Positions 1 through 10,135 are shown, counted from the first letter of the stretch. The stretch is DNA of 14,726 nt from Sulfurimonadaceae bacterium (GCA_041562555.1 JBFEXS010000051.1:1-14726), one strand, 5' to 3'. Numbers and translations are program-made. Notes: generated by a model from the letters alone, not told the origin.

Positions 1-1090
1 ACTCCATCATCTCATCTCCGTATCCCAAAGACCGTACCTTCTTTCTTGAAACAAGATCATCAATATACAGATGCTTCCCCCAGGCTAAATTTGAAACTAT
101 ACGACAGCCTGCCAGACAGACTATTTCAGATTCTTTTTTCAAATAATAGAGTTGATACCCCTCTTCCATCTGAATCCTGATCGTTTCGAGAAAACCATCC
201 TCTCTCAAACCTGTACGCAACTCTTTCATCAGGGTAAAGCATCCCAAGATCTCAGCATCTGTACTTGCAAGACAAACACCATCGTCTTGCCTATACGTCA
301 CCTCTTCTTCACTCTCCTTCACTTTGGTTGCTGTGACTGCAATCGTCCCATAATAAACACCTAAGGATTCACTATCATGACACGCATCGATGTAGGCCTT
401 GACATCCTCAGATGAACAGACTCCACTGTGGGTGTATTCTTCCTGAAGCGCCCGGGCTGACATTCCCATCATTTCGGCAACATCTTCTCCTCCGCTGCAC
501 AGATGAAGATAACTTTTTTGCTCATCCACCTTGAATCCGGCATCCCTCAATGCAAGATGAACAATCGAGCCATACCTTGGTTTAAGCCGTTTATCCTCAA
601 ACATTTTACAAACCGCACTGCTGACACGTCTGCATGCATCCAGGTCTTTCGCATCCATCCACTTTGCGAGGGTAAAGTCCGGTTCTTCAACGACAATCTT
701 GCCACCCGGTTTTAACAGAGAAAAAAGTTTTTGAATAATCTCATCTGCTGAACGATTATGCACCAGTACATAACGCAAATGGATCAAATCGAAGGTTTTG
801 GAAGTCTGTAACGCCAAGACATCACCCTCAAAGAAGGCGTATTCGGCATGCTCTTTAATATATTGACAATTGAGGTCAACACCCAAAAGGCTTCCCTCCG
901 CACCTACTTGTTTGTAGATCCAGTCTGCCAGTGACCCGGCACCAAGACCGACCTCCAGACAATGCATACCTGGTTTCAGACCCGCTTTTAAAAGATGCGT
1001 TTGGGATTTATCATCAAAGGAGTCTTGGATCAGGCATAGACGCTTGTACTCTGCCTCTTGCTCATGGGAGTCAAAGGTATAGACTGACAT
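1..1090 (-). CDS. Class I SAM-dependent methyltransferase fused to a C-terminal GNAT acetyltransferase (3'-truncated by the window edge; absent from the ORF track)
   Basis: Manual translation from the ATG at 1090 (1 nt after the ThiF stop) is open for 363 codons to base 1, starting MSVYTFDSHEQEAEYKRL. SAM motif I is 'CLEVGLGAG' (~935-961), followed by 'LLGVD', 'FDLIHLRYVLVH' and 'LLKPGGKIVVEEPDF'. After an acidic linker (KESEEEV) comes GNAT-like 'LAWGKHLYIDDLVSRKKVRSLGYGDEMM', with acetyl-CoA motif A RxxGxG at 17-34. Confidence 0.85.
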   Translation of the reverse strand, partial: MSVYTFDSHEQEAEYKRLCLIQDSFDDKSQTHLLKAGLKPGMHCLEVGLGAGSLADWIYKQVGAEGSLLGVDLNCQYIKEHAEYAFFEGDVLALQTSKTFDLIHLRYVLVHNRSADEIIQKLFSLLKPGGKIVVEEPDFTLAKWMDAKDLDACRRVSSAVCKMFEDKRLKPRYGSIVHLALRDAGFKVDEQKSYLHLCSGGEDVAEMMGMSARALQEEYTHSGVCSSEDVKAYIDACHDSESLGVYYGTIAVTATKVKESEEEVTYRQDDGVCLASTDAEILGCFTLMKELRTGLREDGFLETIRIQMEEGYQLYYLKKESEIVCLAGCRIVSNLAWGKHLYIDDLVSRKKVRSLGYGDEMME

Positions 1091-1091
1091 C

Positions 1092-1760
1092 CTATTCCGT
1101 TGGCAGTCCAAACTTTTGAGTGATCAATTCGCCTTCATCATCAAAAAACAGGTAATACAAATAATCTTTTTTGATTTTCAAGCCTGCAAGATAACGCAGT
1201 GCCAGGTTTGCCTGTAATGATGCAATATGCATAACAATCGGTGCAGCTATACCTGCAGGGGCTTTATTGGAGATCTTGAAAACATCAAAAGAGGCTTTTT
1301 CAAAAAAACAGACCTGCCCATTGAAAGCTTCAACCGAACCATAGAGCCAAGGCATATTTATCTCTTTGGCATAGGCATTGATCTTACCCCGTGTAGGAAG
1401 ATTATCTGTAGCATCGATGATCAGATCGACCTCCACGTTTTTTGCGGCAAAAGCATCAAAATCGCAGTCATGAGGAACCGCCTTGACAAAAGGACAGCGG
1501 GCCTCAACGACCTCAGCGACCACCTCACACTTTTTCTTGTCTTCATCTCCGGTCTTGAATGCGATCTGTCGATGGATGTTATGCACGGAGACCTCATCAA
1601 AGTCTACAAGGTGAATCTCACCGATCCCTGATGCACCAAGAGCAAAGGCTAATGAAGACCCTAAACCGCCACATCCAATAATAGCGATCTTCTTATCCTG
1701 TAAAGAAGATTGTGTCTCCTCTCCCCAAAGTTGTACCTGACGGTGAAAATACTTCATCAT
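1092..1760 (-). CDS. ThiF/MoeB/HesA-family adenylyltransferase (E1-like)
   Basis: Motifs 'YFHRQVQLWG', nucleotide-binding 'IIGCGGLGS', 'VDFDEVSVHNIHRQ' and 'DATDN'. Purine-rich SD AAGAAGGGA upstream of ATGATG. Confidence 0.9.
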   Translation of the reverse strand: MMKYFHRQVQLWGEETQSSLQDKKIAIIGCGGLGSSLAFALGASGIGEIHLVDFDEVSVHNIHRQIAFKTGDEDKKKCEVVAEVVEARCPFVKAVPHDCDFDAFAAKNVEVDLIIDATDNLPTRGKINAYAKEINMPWLYGSVEAFNGQVCFFEKASFDVFKISNKAPAGIAAPIVMHIASLQANLALRYLAGLKIKKDYLYYLFFDDEGELITQKFGLPTE

Positions 1761-1793
1761 AATGCTATTCCCTTCTTATAAAAAATTATGATA

Positions 1794-3731
1794 TTAAACT
1801 TCTTGTTCATATAAACTTACATGGGGTAAAACTATCTCAAAAACGGCACCATATTCACCGTTGGTTACGTTTATACGCCCGGACATACTCTGTTCAATGA
1901 TCTCTTTGGACATATACAGCCCTATTCCCGTTCCTTCCTGCCCTTTTTTCGTTGAAAAGTAGGGTTTAAAAACATCATCAATGATCTCCTCATCGATACC
2001 GCCTGCATTATCCTCTATACGAATAAAGGTCTCATTCTCCTTTTGTTCAATAAAGAACTTGATCCAGACATCACTCAACTTTTTCTGTAAAACAATATCT
2101 TGAACATTCTTGATAAGGTTCATAAAGACCTGCATCATCTCATGACGCATACCGTAACACAGATGTTCCTCTTTGGAAAAGTTATGTGCCTTGATCTTGG
2201 CATATTTCAGACTTCCCTCGCTCAGGTTCAGTGCGCTTTTCAATACCTCTTCGATAACAAACACCTCTTTGTCTTTATGCGGTTGTGAGAAGTTCCTAAA
2301 GTCGTCTATTGTCTGGGACATATACTGCAACTGATCATTGATCTTATCATGGGCATTCACGCAGTCGTCTTTTTGAACAGTTCCCAACTGTACTTTAAAA
2401 TAGAGGTTCTGATTGATCAATGCCAGAGTCTGCAGCGGCTGTCTCCATTGATGGGCGATCTGCTCGATCATCTCACCCATAGCCGCCAGTCGGGACTTCT
2501 CTATGAGTCTCTGATCGTTTTGGCGTATCTGAGTCAAAGAAGCATTGACCTTCTCTTGTAACAAGGTGTTCAATCCTGAAAGCTTCTGCATATATTCATG
2601 TTCTGAACGTTTTTGTTGGTCTGCAAGTGCCCAGGAGAGAAAAATCATCTGCAGGGCTGAACCTATCTGCTGTGCATAGGATAAAAAGGTATACCCCTCT
2701 ATCCAGGCAAATTTATTCATGGCAAAAAGGACACTTCCCCCCAAAAAACAGCCCCAGCCTACGATATAGAAACGCGCCGGATAGAACTTCTGTCTATAGG
2801 CACTAATCCCTGCAAAAATCAGCATCGGAGGCAGTATAATCGATACTCCTGCAAGATACAGTATGAGATCAGCGTATGGTCTGAACGTTGCCATGACCAT
2901 AATTACCAGCATAAAATATGCTAAAAAGATAAACACCTTGTCCAATCTAGGCGTAAAACTGTCCGTCTGGAGAAAATAGCGTGAAAACATGATGATAGAC
3001 AGGATCATCAAGCCCATCATCGTTCCGTTTCCGTGGATAATCATCCATTCCCAATCCGACCATATAAAACGCATGCCTAAACCGTCTAGAGAGAGTTGAT
3101 AGATACTAAAGGCAGAGATGAATACCAGATACAAAAAATACTCACGCTGACGTGTGTAGATGAAACTCAGGAGATTATAAAAAAAGATGACAATAAAGAT
3201 ACCGTAATAGACCCCTGAGAGAGCAAGCAGGTATTCCTCATTAATAAACAGACTCTCCGAGCTTTGTATACCCATAGGTACCTGCATCGAACTTTGCGTC
3301 TTGACCCTCAGATAAAGTAACGGTTCCTGATTGCCTTTTATCGAGAACAGAAAATTTCGGTTAGGTATCTCACGCTGTGTGAATGGCCGCCGTTTCCCGC
3401 TCTGTTTATGTTCTAAAAGGTTCCCTTGAGTATCACAGACATACAGATCAATCTCATCTAAAAGAGGGTAAGAGACCTGAAACCACCAATTGTGTCCATC
3501 CGGAGTATCGACATCATCAAGATCGACCTTAAACCAATAAACCGATTGTGTGAAACCGAAACTGGCAACACGACTCTCATTCTTCTTGAACGTTTTCGCC
3601 TTTATTGCTTCAAATCCCAGGCTCGACGTTCCGTCTTCATAATAGGGAACATTAACCAGTTCGATGCTGTGTGTCGCATTTGCCGTCAGGACAGAACAAA
3701 AGAGAAAGAAGAATAAAAGGACTTTTAACAT
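1794..3731 (-). CDS. Sensor histidine kinase with a 7TMR-DISM extracellular domain, 7TM region, HisKA and HATPase domains
   Basis: N-terminal signal peptide. DISMED2-like 'FGFTQSVYWFKV...YPLLDEIDLY...YLRVKTQSSMQVP'. About 7 hydrophobic helices starting at 'GVYYGIFIVIFFYNL'. H-box 'IAHQWRQPL', N-box 'QVFMNLIKN', G1 'EDNAGGI', F-box 'FKPYFSTK', G2 'GTGIGLY'. Start overlaps the upstream stop (TAATG at 3729-3733). Confidence 0.9.
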   Translation of the reverse strand: MLKVLLFFFLFCSVLTANATHSIELVNVPYYEDGTSSLGFEAIKAKTFKKNESRVASFGFTQSVYWFKVDLDDVDTPDGHNWWFQVSYPLLDEIDLYVCDTQGNLLEHKQSGKRRPFTQREIPNRNFLFSIKGNQEPLLYLRVKTQSSMQVPMGIQSSESLFINEEYLLALSGVYYGIFIVIFFYNLLSFIYTRQREYFLYLVFISAFSIYQLSLDGLGMRFIWSDWEWMIIHGNGTMMGLMILSIIMFSRYFLQTDSFTPRLDKVFIFLAYFMLVIMVMATFRPYADLILYLAGVSIILPPMLIFAGISAYRQKFYPARFYIVGWGCFLGGSVLFAMNKFAWIEGYTFLSYAQQIGSALQMIFLSWALADQQKRSEHEYMQKLSGLNTLLQEKVNASLTQIRQNDQRLIEKSRLAAMGEMIEQIAHQWRQPLQTLALINQNLYFKVQLGTVQKDDCVNAHDKINDQLQYMSQTIDDFRNFSQPHKDKEVFVIEEVLKSALNLSEGSLKYAKIKAHNFSKEEHLCYGMRHEMMQVFMNLIKNVQDIVLQKKLSDVWIKFFIEQKENETFIRIEDNAGGIDEEIIDDVFKPYFSTKKGQEGTGIGLYMSKEIIEQSMSGRINVTNGEYGAVFEIVLPHVSLYEQEV

Positions 3732-4519
3732 TATCGCTTCTGTAGTGCTTCTTTAAATCCCCAACTCTTACGAGCTGATTTAACGGCTTTTTTATCCAGA
3801 TCGATCATCAGCAGTTCTTCCTGATTTCCCAGGTGATTTTCGATCTCTCCTTGAGGTGATACCAGAAGTGAATCCCCGTAAAAATTCCAATTCCACTTCT
3901 CTTCCGCATACTCACCGATACGGTTTGCCCGAATGACATAACATGAATTTGTAAAGGCACGCATCTTGATGAGTTCACGCCACCGCTCATGAGATTCAAA
4001 GGTAGAAACCGTCGGCAAAAGGACCGCGTCAATGTTTTTACTCATGATATCTTGCCAGAAGGCATCAAAATGTAATTCAAAACCTGCCATGACAGCAAAT
4101 TTGAACCCATCAATACTAAATGTCATCGGTCCCTTCAGTGGTGCGATCTCATTGGCAAAGAACTTCTCTTCATTCCAATGTTTATAGTTAATCAGTATCT
4201 GTTGGTAATAGTAGGTAGTCGATGTGGGTGAGAACTTCACAATCGTCTTATAGGGCTGTCTCTTTTTAACAATCACCAAGGGGGCGATAATAGTGACGCC
4301 ATACTCCTCTGCCAAAGCCTTCAAGGTCTTGACATGATGATCACTCTGCTCTTTGATCATCTCTACAGGCGTCTTTTCAAGCTCCTTGAAAAAACGGTTC
4401 AGCAGATATTCTCCCAGGACAACAATCTTACACCCTTTTGACTTGGCAATACGTAAATAATAATCAAACTTTGATGTCGATATGCCCACCGAAGGGATCT
4501 GTAAGATTGCTGCTCTCAT
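3731..4519 (-). CDS. Carbon-nitrogen hydrolase (nitrilase superfamily) fold protein with a degenerate catalytic triad
   Basis: Motifs 'MRAAILQ', 'KIVVLGEY', 'WNEEKFF', 'RAFTNSCYVIRANRIG' and 'FYGDSLLVSPQGEI' match the CN_hydrolase pattern. TAATG overlaps at both ends. Confidence 0.85.
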   Translation of the reverse strand: MRAAILQIPSVGISTSKFDYYLRIAKSKGCKIVVLGEYLLNRFFKELEKTPVEMIKEQSDHHVKTLKALAEEYGVTIIAPLVIVKKRQPYKTIVKFSPTSTTYYYQQILINYKHWNEEKFFANEIAPLKGPMTFSIDGFKFAVMAGFELHFDAFWQDIMSKNIDAVLLPTVSTFESHERWRELIKMRAFTNSCYVIRANRIGEYAEEKWNWNFYGDSLLVSPQGEIENHLGNQEELLMIDLDKKAVKSARKSWGFKEALQKR

Positions 4520-4713
4520 TAGGACTGTTCTCCTTGTATCTTTTCAAACTCCAGTGTCGCTTCTTCTAAGATCTTTTGGGCATCCTGGAGTGTCTTCATT
4601 CCCTCTTTATATGACTTTACACTTGCATCAAGGGTCAACTCAGGGTCCATCAGCTTCTCTAGGACCTTCTTTGCATCCTCTAGCTTTTTTTCAAAATTTA
4701 TCAGTTCAGCCAT
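4519..4713 (-). CDS. xseB: Exodeoxyribonuclease VII small subunit
   Basis: 64-aa coiled coil 'NFEKKLEDAKKVLEKLMDPELTLDASVKSYKEGMKTLQDAQKILEEA' matches the XseB pattern FE..L..L..I...L....L.L..S...Y.EG..L...C...L..AE. Start overlaps the end of metX by 8 nt. Confidence 0.85.
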   Translation of the reverse strand: MAELINFEKKLEDAKKVLEKLMDPELTLDASVKSYKEGMKTLQDAQKILEEATLEFEKIQGEQS

Positions 4714-5809
4714 TGAGGGCCTCCTTTATATACTCTTCAAATTTTTCCACTTCGACTAAAAAAGCATCATGCCCATAACTGCTTTGTACATTAAGATATG
4801 AACTCTGTTCCTTGGGATGGATCGTCTGCATAATATCAAAAATCTCTTTAGACTCTTTTGGCTCAAAAAGCATATCCGATTCAAAACTGATCAAATACAA
4901 CTCAGCCTTTACCTTTGCCAATGCATCTTCCAGGGAATCGAATCCACGGGAAAGATCAAAGATATTAATCGCTTTGGTTATGTACAGATATGAAAGCGGA
5001 TCAAACCACTTTGTAAAGTTATAGCCATTATACTCCAGATAGGACTCCACCTGAAACTTTCCGAAAAGTTCATAGAGACCGTCTGTACGCTTATATTGGC
5101 GTCCAAACTTTTTATCCATCGAATCCGGAGACAAAAAGGATATATGGCCTGCCATACGTCCCACTGCCAGGCCAACCAAGCCGTTGACCTTGATGTCGGC
5201 AGGATCATAGTACCCATTTTTAAACGCAGGATCCTCAAGTACCGCCTCTTGAGCGATCTTATTAAAGGCAATGGCCCAGGGACGCGTTGCATGGGTTGTT
5301 GCCAGAGCGATCACCTTTTTTGCAAAGTTGGGAAAGTCGACTGCTGCCTGAAGCGCCTGCATACCGCCCATTGAACCGCCTATGATCGCTTCAAGTTTAT
5401 GTATCCCCAATGAATCAAGTAAAATACGTTGGGCTTTGACCATATCTTTGATGGTCACTACAGGAAACTTATAGCGATACGGTGCCTGTGTCGCATAATC
5501 ATCGGAAATAGGTCCCGTCGAGCCAAAACATGAACCGATCACATTGCTGCAGATAACAAAATACTTATCTGTGTCCACTGCTTTTCCCGGACCGATAAGT
5601 GCATCCCACCAGCCTGGCTTTGTCTCATGTTCATATTGACCGGCAGCATGGTGTGAGCCGGTCAAGGCATGGGTGACCCATATGGCATTTGACTTATCTT
5701 CATTAAGTTCACCGTATGTCTCATACGTGAGATCATAAGGCTCGAGGATCCGACCACTTTCAAGGTATAAAGGATTGGTAAAATGTACTGTTTTTGTTTC
5801 GATTTTCAA
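4706..5809 (-). CDS. metX: Homoserine O-acyltransferase (MetX family, most likely O-acetyl)
   Basis: Motifs 'YETYGELN', 'HALTGSHH', 'GWWDALIGPG', 'NVIGSCFGSTGP', nucleophile elbow 'GGSMGG', 'SDMLF' and 'YGHDAFL'. Start set at TTG 5809 (MKIETK..., preceded by AAGAAG) rather than the track's 5836. Confidence 0.93.
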   Translation of the reverse strand: MKIETKTVHFTNPLYLESGRILEPYDLTYETYGELNEDKSNAIWVTHALTGSHHAAGQYEHETKPGWWDALIGPGKAVDTDKYFVICSNVIGSCFGSTGPISDDYATQAPYRYKFPVVTIKDMVKAQRILLDSLGIHKLEAIIGGSMGGMQALQAAVDFPNFAKKVIALATTHATRPWAIAFNKIAQEAVLEDPAFKNGYYDPADIKVNGLVGLAVGRMAGHISFLSPDSMDKKFGRQYKRTDGLYELFGKFQVESYLEYNGYNFTKWFDPLSYLYITKAINIFDLSRGFDSLEDALAKVKAELYLISFESDMLFEPKESKEIFDIMQTIHPKEQSSYLNVQSSYGHDAFLVEVEKFEEYIKEALNG

Positions 5810-5825
5810 CTGATCACTTCTTCTT

Positions 5826-7091
5826 TTAACACTCAAGCGCTTGTTTGATATCGGCGATCAGATCTTCTTTATCCTCTAAACCGGCACTGATCCTGATCAA
5901 TCCTGCCGGTACACCGCATTTCACCAGTTCATCAGCAGAAAGCTGTTGATGTGTCGTCGATGCAGGGTGAGTGATAATCGATTTAGAATCACCGATGTTG
6001 ACTACCAGTGAGTAAAGCTCTGTGGCATTGACGATCTTCTCGGCTGTTTCCATATCCGCTACTTCAAAACTAAGCAGGCCTGAGCTCATGCCGTCTTTAA
6101 AATATTTTTGCGCATTTGCATGATTGCTGTCTGACTTCAAACCAGGGTAATTGACCTTTAGAACCTTCGGATGGGCCTCTAAAAATTCTGCCAGAGCCAA
6201 AGCGTTCGCCGAATGTTCCTTCATCCGCAGACTTAGATGCTCCAGTCCCTGAATAAAGAGCCATGAGTTAAAAGGTGAAACGACTGCACCCAGATCACGC
6301 AACAAGGAGAGTCTGACGCGAAGTGTGAAGACAGGCAGTGGTACATCTACATAGACCAGACCATGGTAAGATTCATCAGGTTCATTAAACTGAGGATAAC
6401 GAGGATTTCCCTTAAGCAGTTCCACCAAACCTTTTCGCTCGACCAGGATACCCCCGATAGCAAGCCCCTGTCCCGTTGTGTATTTGGATGCAGAGTGGAC
6501 TGTCACGTCAACCCCATGTTCAAAAGGTCTACAAAGAATCGGTGTCGCTACCGTGTTATCAACGATTGTCACGATCTGATGCTTTTTAGCGATTGCTGTG
6601 ATCGCGGAAATATCCGCCACATCAATACTCGGATTGGTCAATGACTCAAAAAAGATACACTTTGTCTTCTCATCTATCAATGCTTCGATCTCTTCAGGTT
6701 TATGCACATTGAAAAAACGTGCTTCTATACCAAACCGCTTCAAGGTATGCTGAGTCTGCGTCAGCGTTCCTCCATATAACTGTGCAGCACAGATAATATT
6801 ATCTCCGGCCTCTGCACAGTTGGCAATAGCGAAAAAGATGGCAGCCATACCACTCGCTGCTGCAATAGCAGCCTCTCCACCTTCCAGTTCAGCAAAACGT
6901 TTTTCAAAGACATCTGTCGTAGGATTCATCAAACGGGTGTAGATATTTCCAAGTTCTTTGAGTGCAAAGAGATTGGCAGCATGTTCTACATCTCTAAACT
7001 CATACGCAGTTGATTGATAAATCGGCACAGCCATTGTGCTTTGGGAGTCTTTTTCATAGCCCGCGTGCAGGGCAGCAGTTTGTTGTTTCAT
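5826..7091 (-). CDS. metY: O-acetylhomoserine sulfhydrylase / aminocarboxypropyltransferase (PLP-dependent)
   Basis: Motifs 'TAALHAG', 'VPIYQSTAY', 'GNIYTRLMNPT', 'SGMAA', 'DNT', PLP lysine 'HSASKY', 'NIGDSKS', 'HPASTTHQQL' and 'IRISAGLE'. Start set at ATG 7091, which has SD AAGGA 8 nt upstream. Confidence 0.93.
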   Translation of the reverse strand: MKQQTAALHAGYEKDSQSTMAVPIYQSTAYEFRDVEHAANLFALKELGNIYTRLMNPTTDVFEKRFAELEGGEAAIAAASGMAAIFFAIANCAEAGDNIICAAQLYGGTLTQTQHTLKRFGIEARFFNVHKPEEIEALIDEKTKCIFFESLTNPSIDVADISAITAIAKKHQIVTIVDNTVATPILCRPFEHGVDVTVHSASKYTTGQGLAIGGILVERKGLVELLKGNPRYPQFNEPDESYHGLVYVDVPLPVFTLRVRLSLLRDLGAVVSPFNSWLFIQGLEHLSLRMKEHSANALALAEFLEAHPKVLKVNYPGLKSDSNHANAQKYFKDGMSSGLLSFEVADMETAEKIVNATELYSLVVNIGDSKSIITHPASTTHQQLSADELVKCGVPAGLIRISAGLEDKEDLIADIKQALEC

Positions 7092-7104
7092 GTGTTTCAT
7101 CCTT

Positions 7105-7129
7105 TGTTTTCCGTAATTTTGTTTTCCAT
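7105..7129 (-). repeat. metY-proximal pair of a 10-bp direct repeat (mRNA strand ATGGAAAACA-N5-ACGGAAAACA)
   Basis: Plus strand TGTTTTCCGT at 7105-7114 and TGTTTTCCAT at 7120-7129, a 15-bp period abutting the metY SD. Confidence 0.8.
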
Positions 7130-7147
7130 GACATTCAGAATGGATAT

Positions 7148-7167
7148 AAAAGGGCAACCCTTTTTTT
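7148..7167. terminator. Possible weak terminator/attenuator hairpin in the metY leader
   Basis: AAAAGGG-CAA-CCCTTTT inverted repeat at 7148-7164 with T runs on both strands. It has only three G-C pairs, so it is weak. Confidence 0.35.
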
Positions 7168-7250
7168 ACATTAGCCAAAGTATCCACATACTATGTGTCC
7201 TCTAATAGGGGAGAAATACTATTGACGAATGAAATCCAGTCTAAACATTT

Positions 7251-7275
7251 TGTTTTCCATCTAACTGTTTTCCAT
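7251..7275 (-). repeat. Distal pair of the same 10-bp direct repeat (ATGGAAAACA-N5-ATGGAAAACA)
   Basis: Plus strand TGTTTTCCAT at 7251-7260 and 7266-7275, a 15-bp period. 7247-7260 is identical to 7116-7129 over 14 bp. Confidence 0.8.
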
Positions 7276-7343
7276 GATGAAATAAAGTAAGTTAAAAGTT
7301 TTTACGCTTTGCTAATCTCTATTTCTGGTCGATCAGGCTTCGC

Positions 7344-10131
<2,788 letters not shown>

Positions 10132-10135
<4 letters not shown>

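Noticed and set aside
7092..7187. 32-aa N-terminal extension of MetY in the ORF track
   Set aside because: Family similarity starts at MKQQTAALHAG, which has a well-spaced AAGGA SD. The extension crosses repeats and hairpins. The track's starts for metX, ileS and cinA are similarly over-extended.
7097..7275. Three uORFs beginning M-E-N (MENS*, MENKMFRLDFIRQ*, MENKITENKG*)
   Set aside because: They follow automatically from the ATGGAAAAC repeat and lack convincing SD sequences, so they are not independent evidence. The last one does stop within the metY SD region.
7105..7275. Repeats as a CRISPR mini-array or IS/MITE ends
   Set aside because: The units are 10-14 bp with 5-nt or >100-nt gaps, they are direct rather than inverted, and there are no cas or transposase genes.
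7092..7343. Known SAM riboswitch, T-box or MetJ box upstream of metY
   Set aside because: I could not find the SAM-I core (AUC...GAU with the conserved GA-rich junctions), the T-box UGGNACC motif or tandem AGACGTCT boxes by eye. An Rfam scan is needed to exclude them formally.
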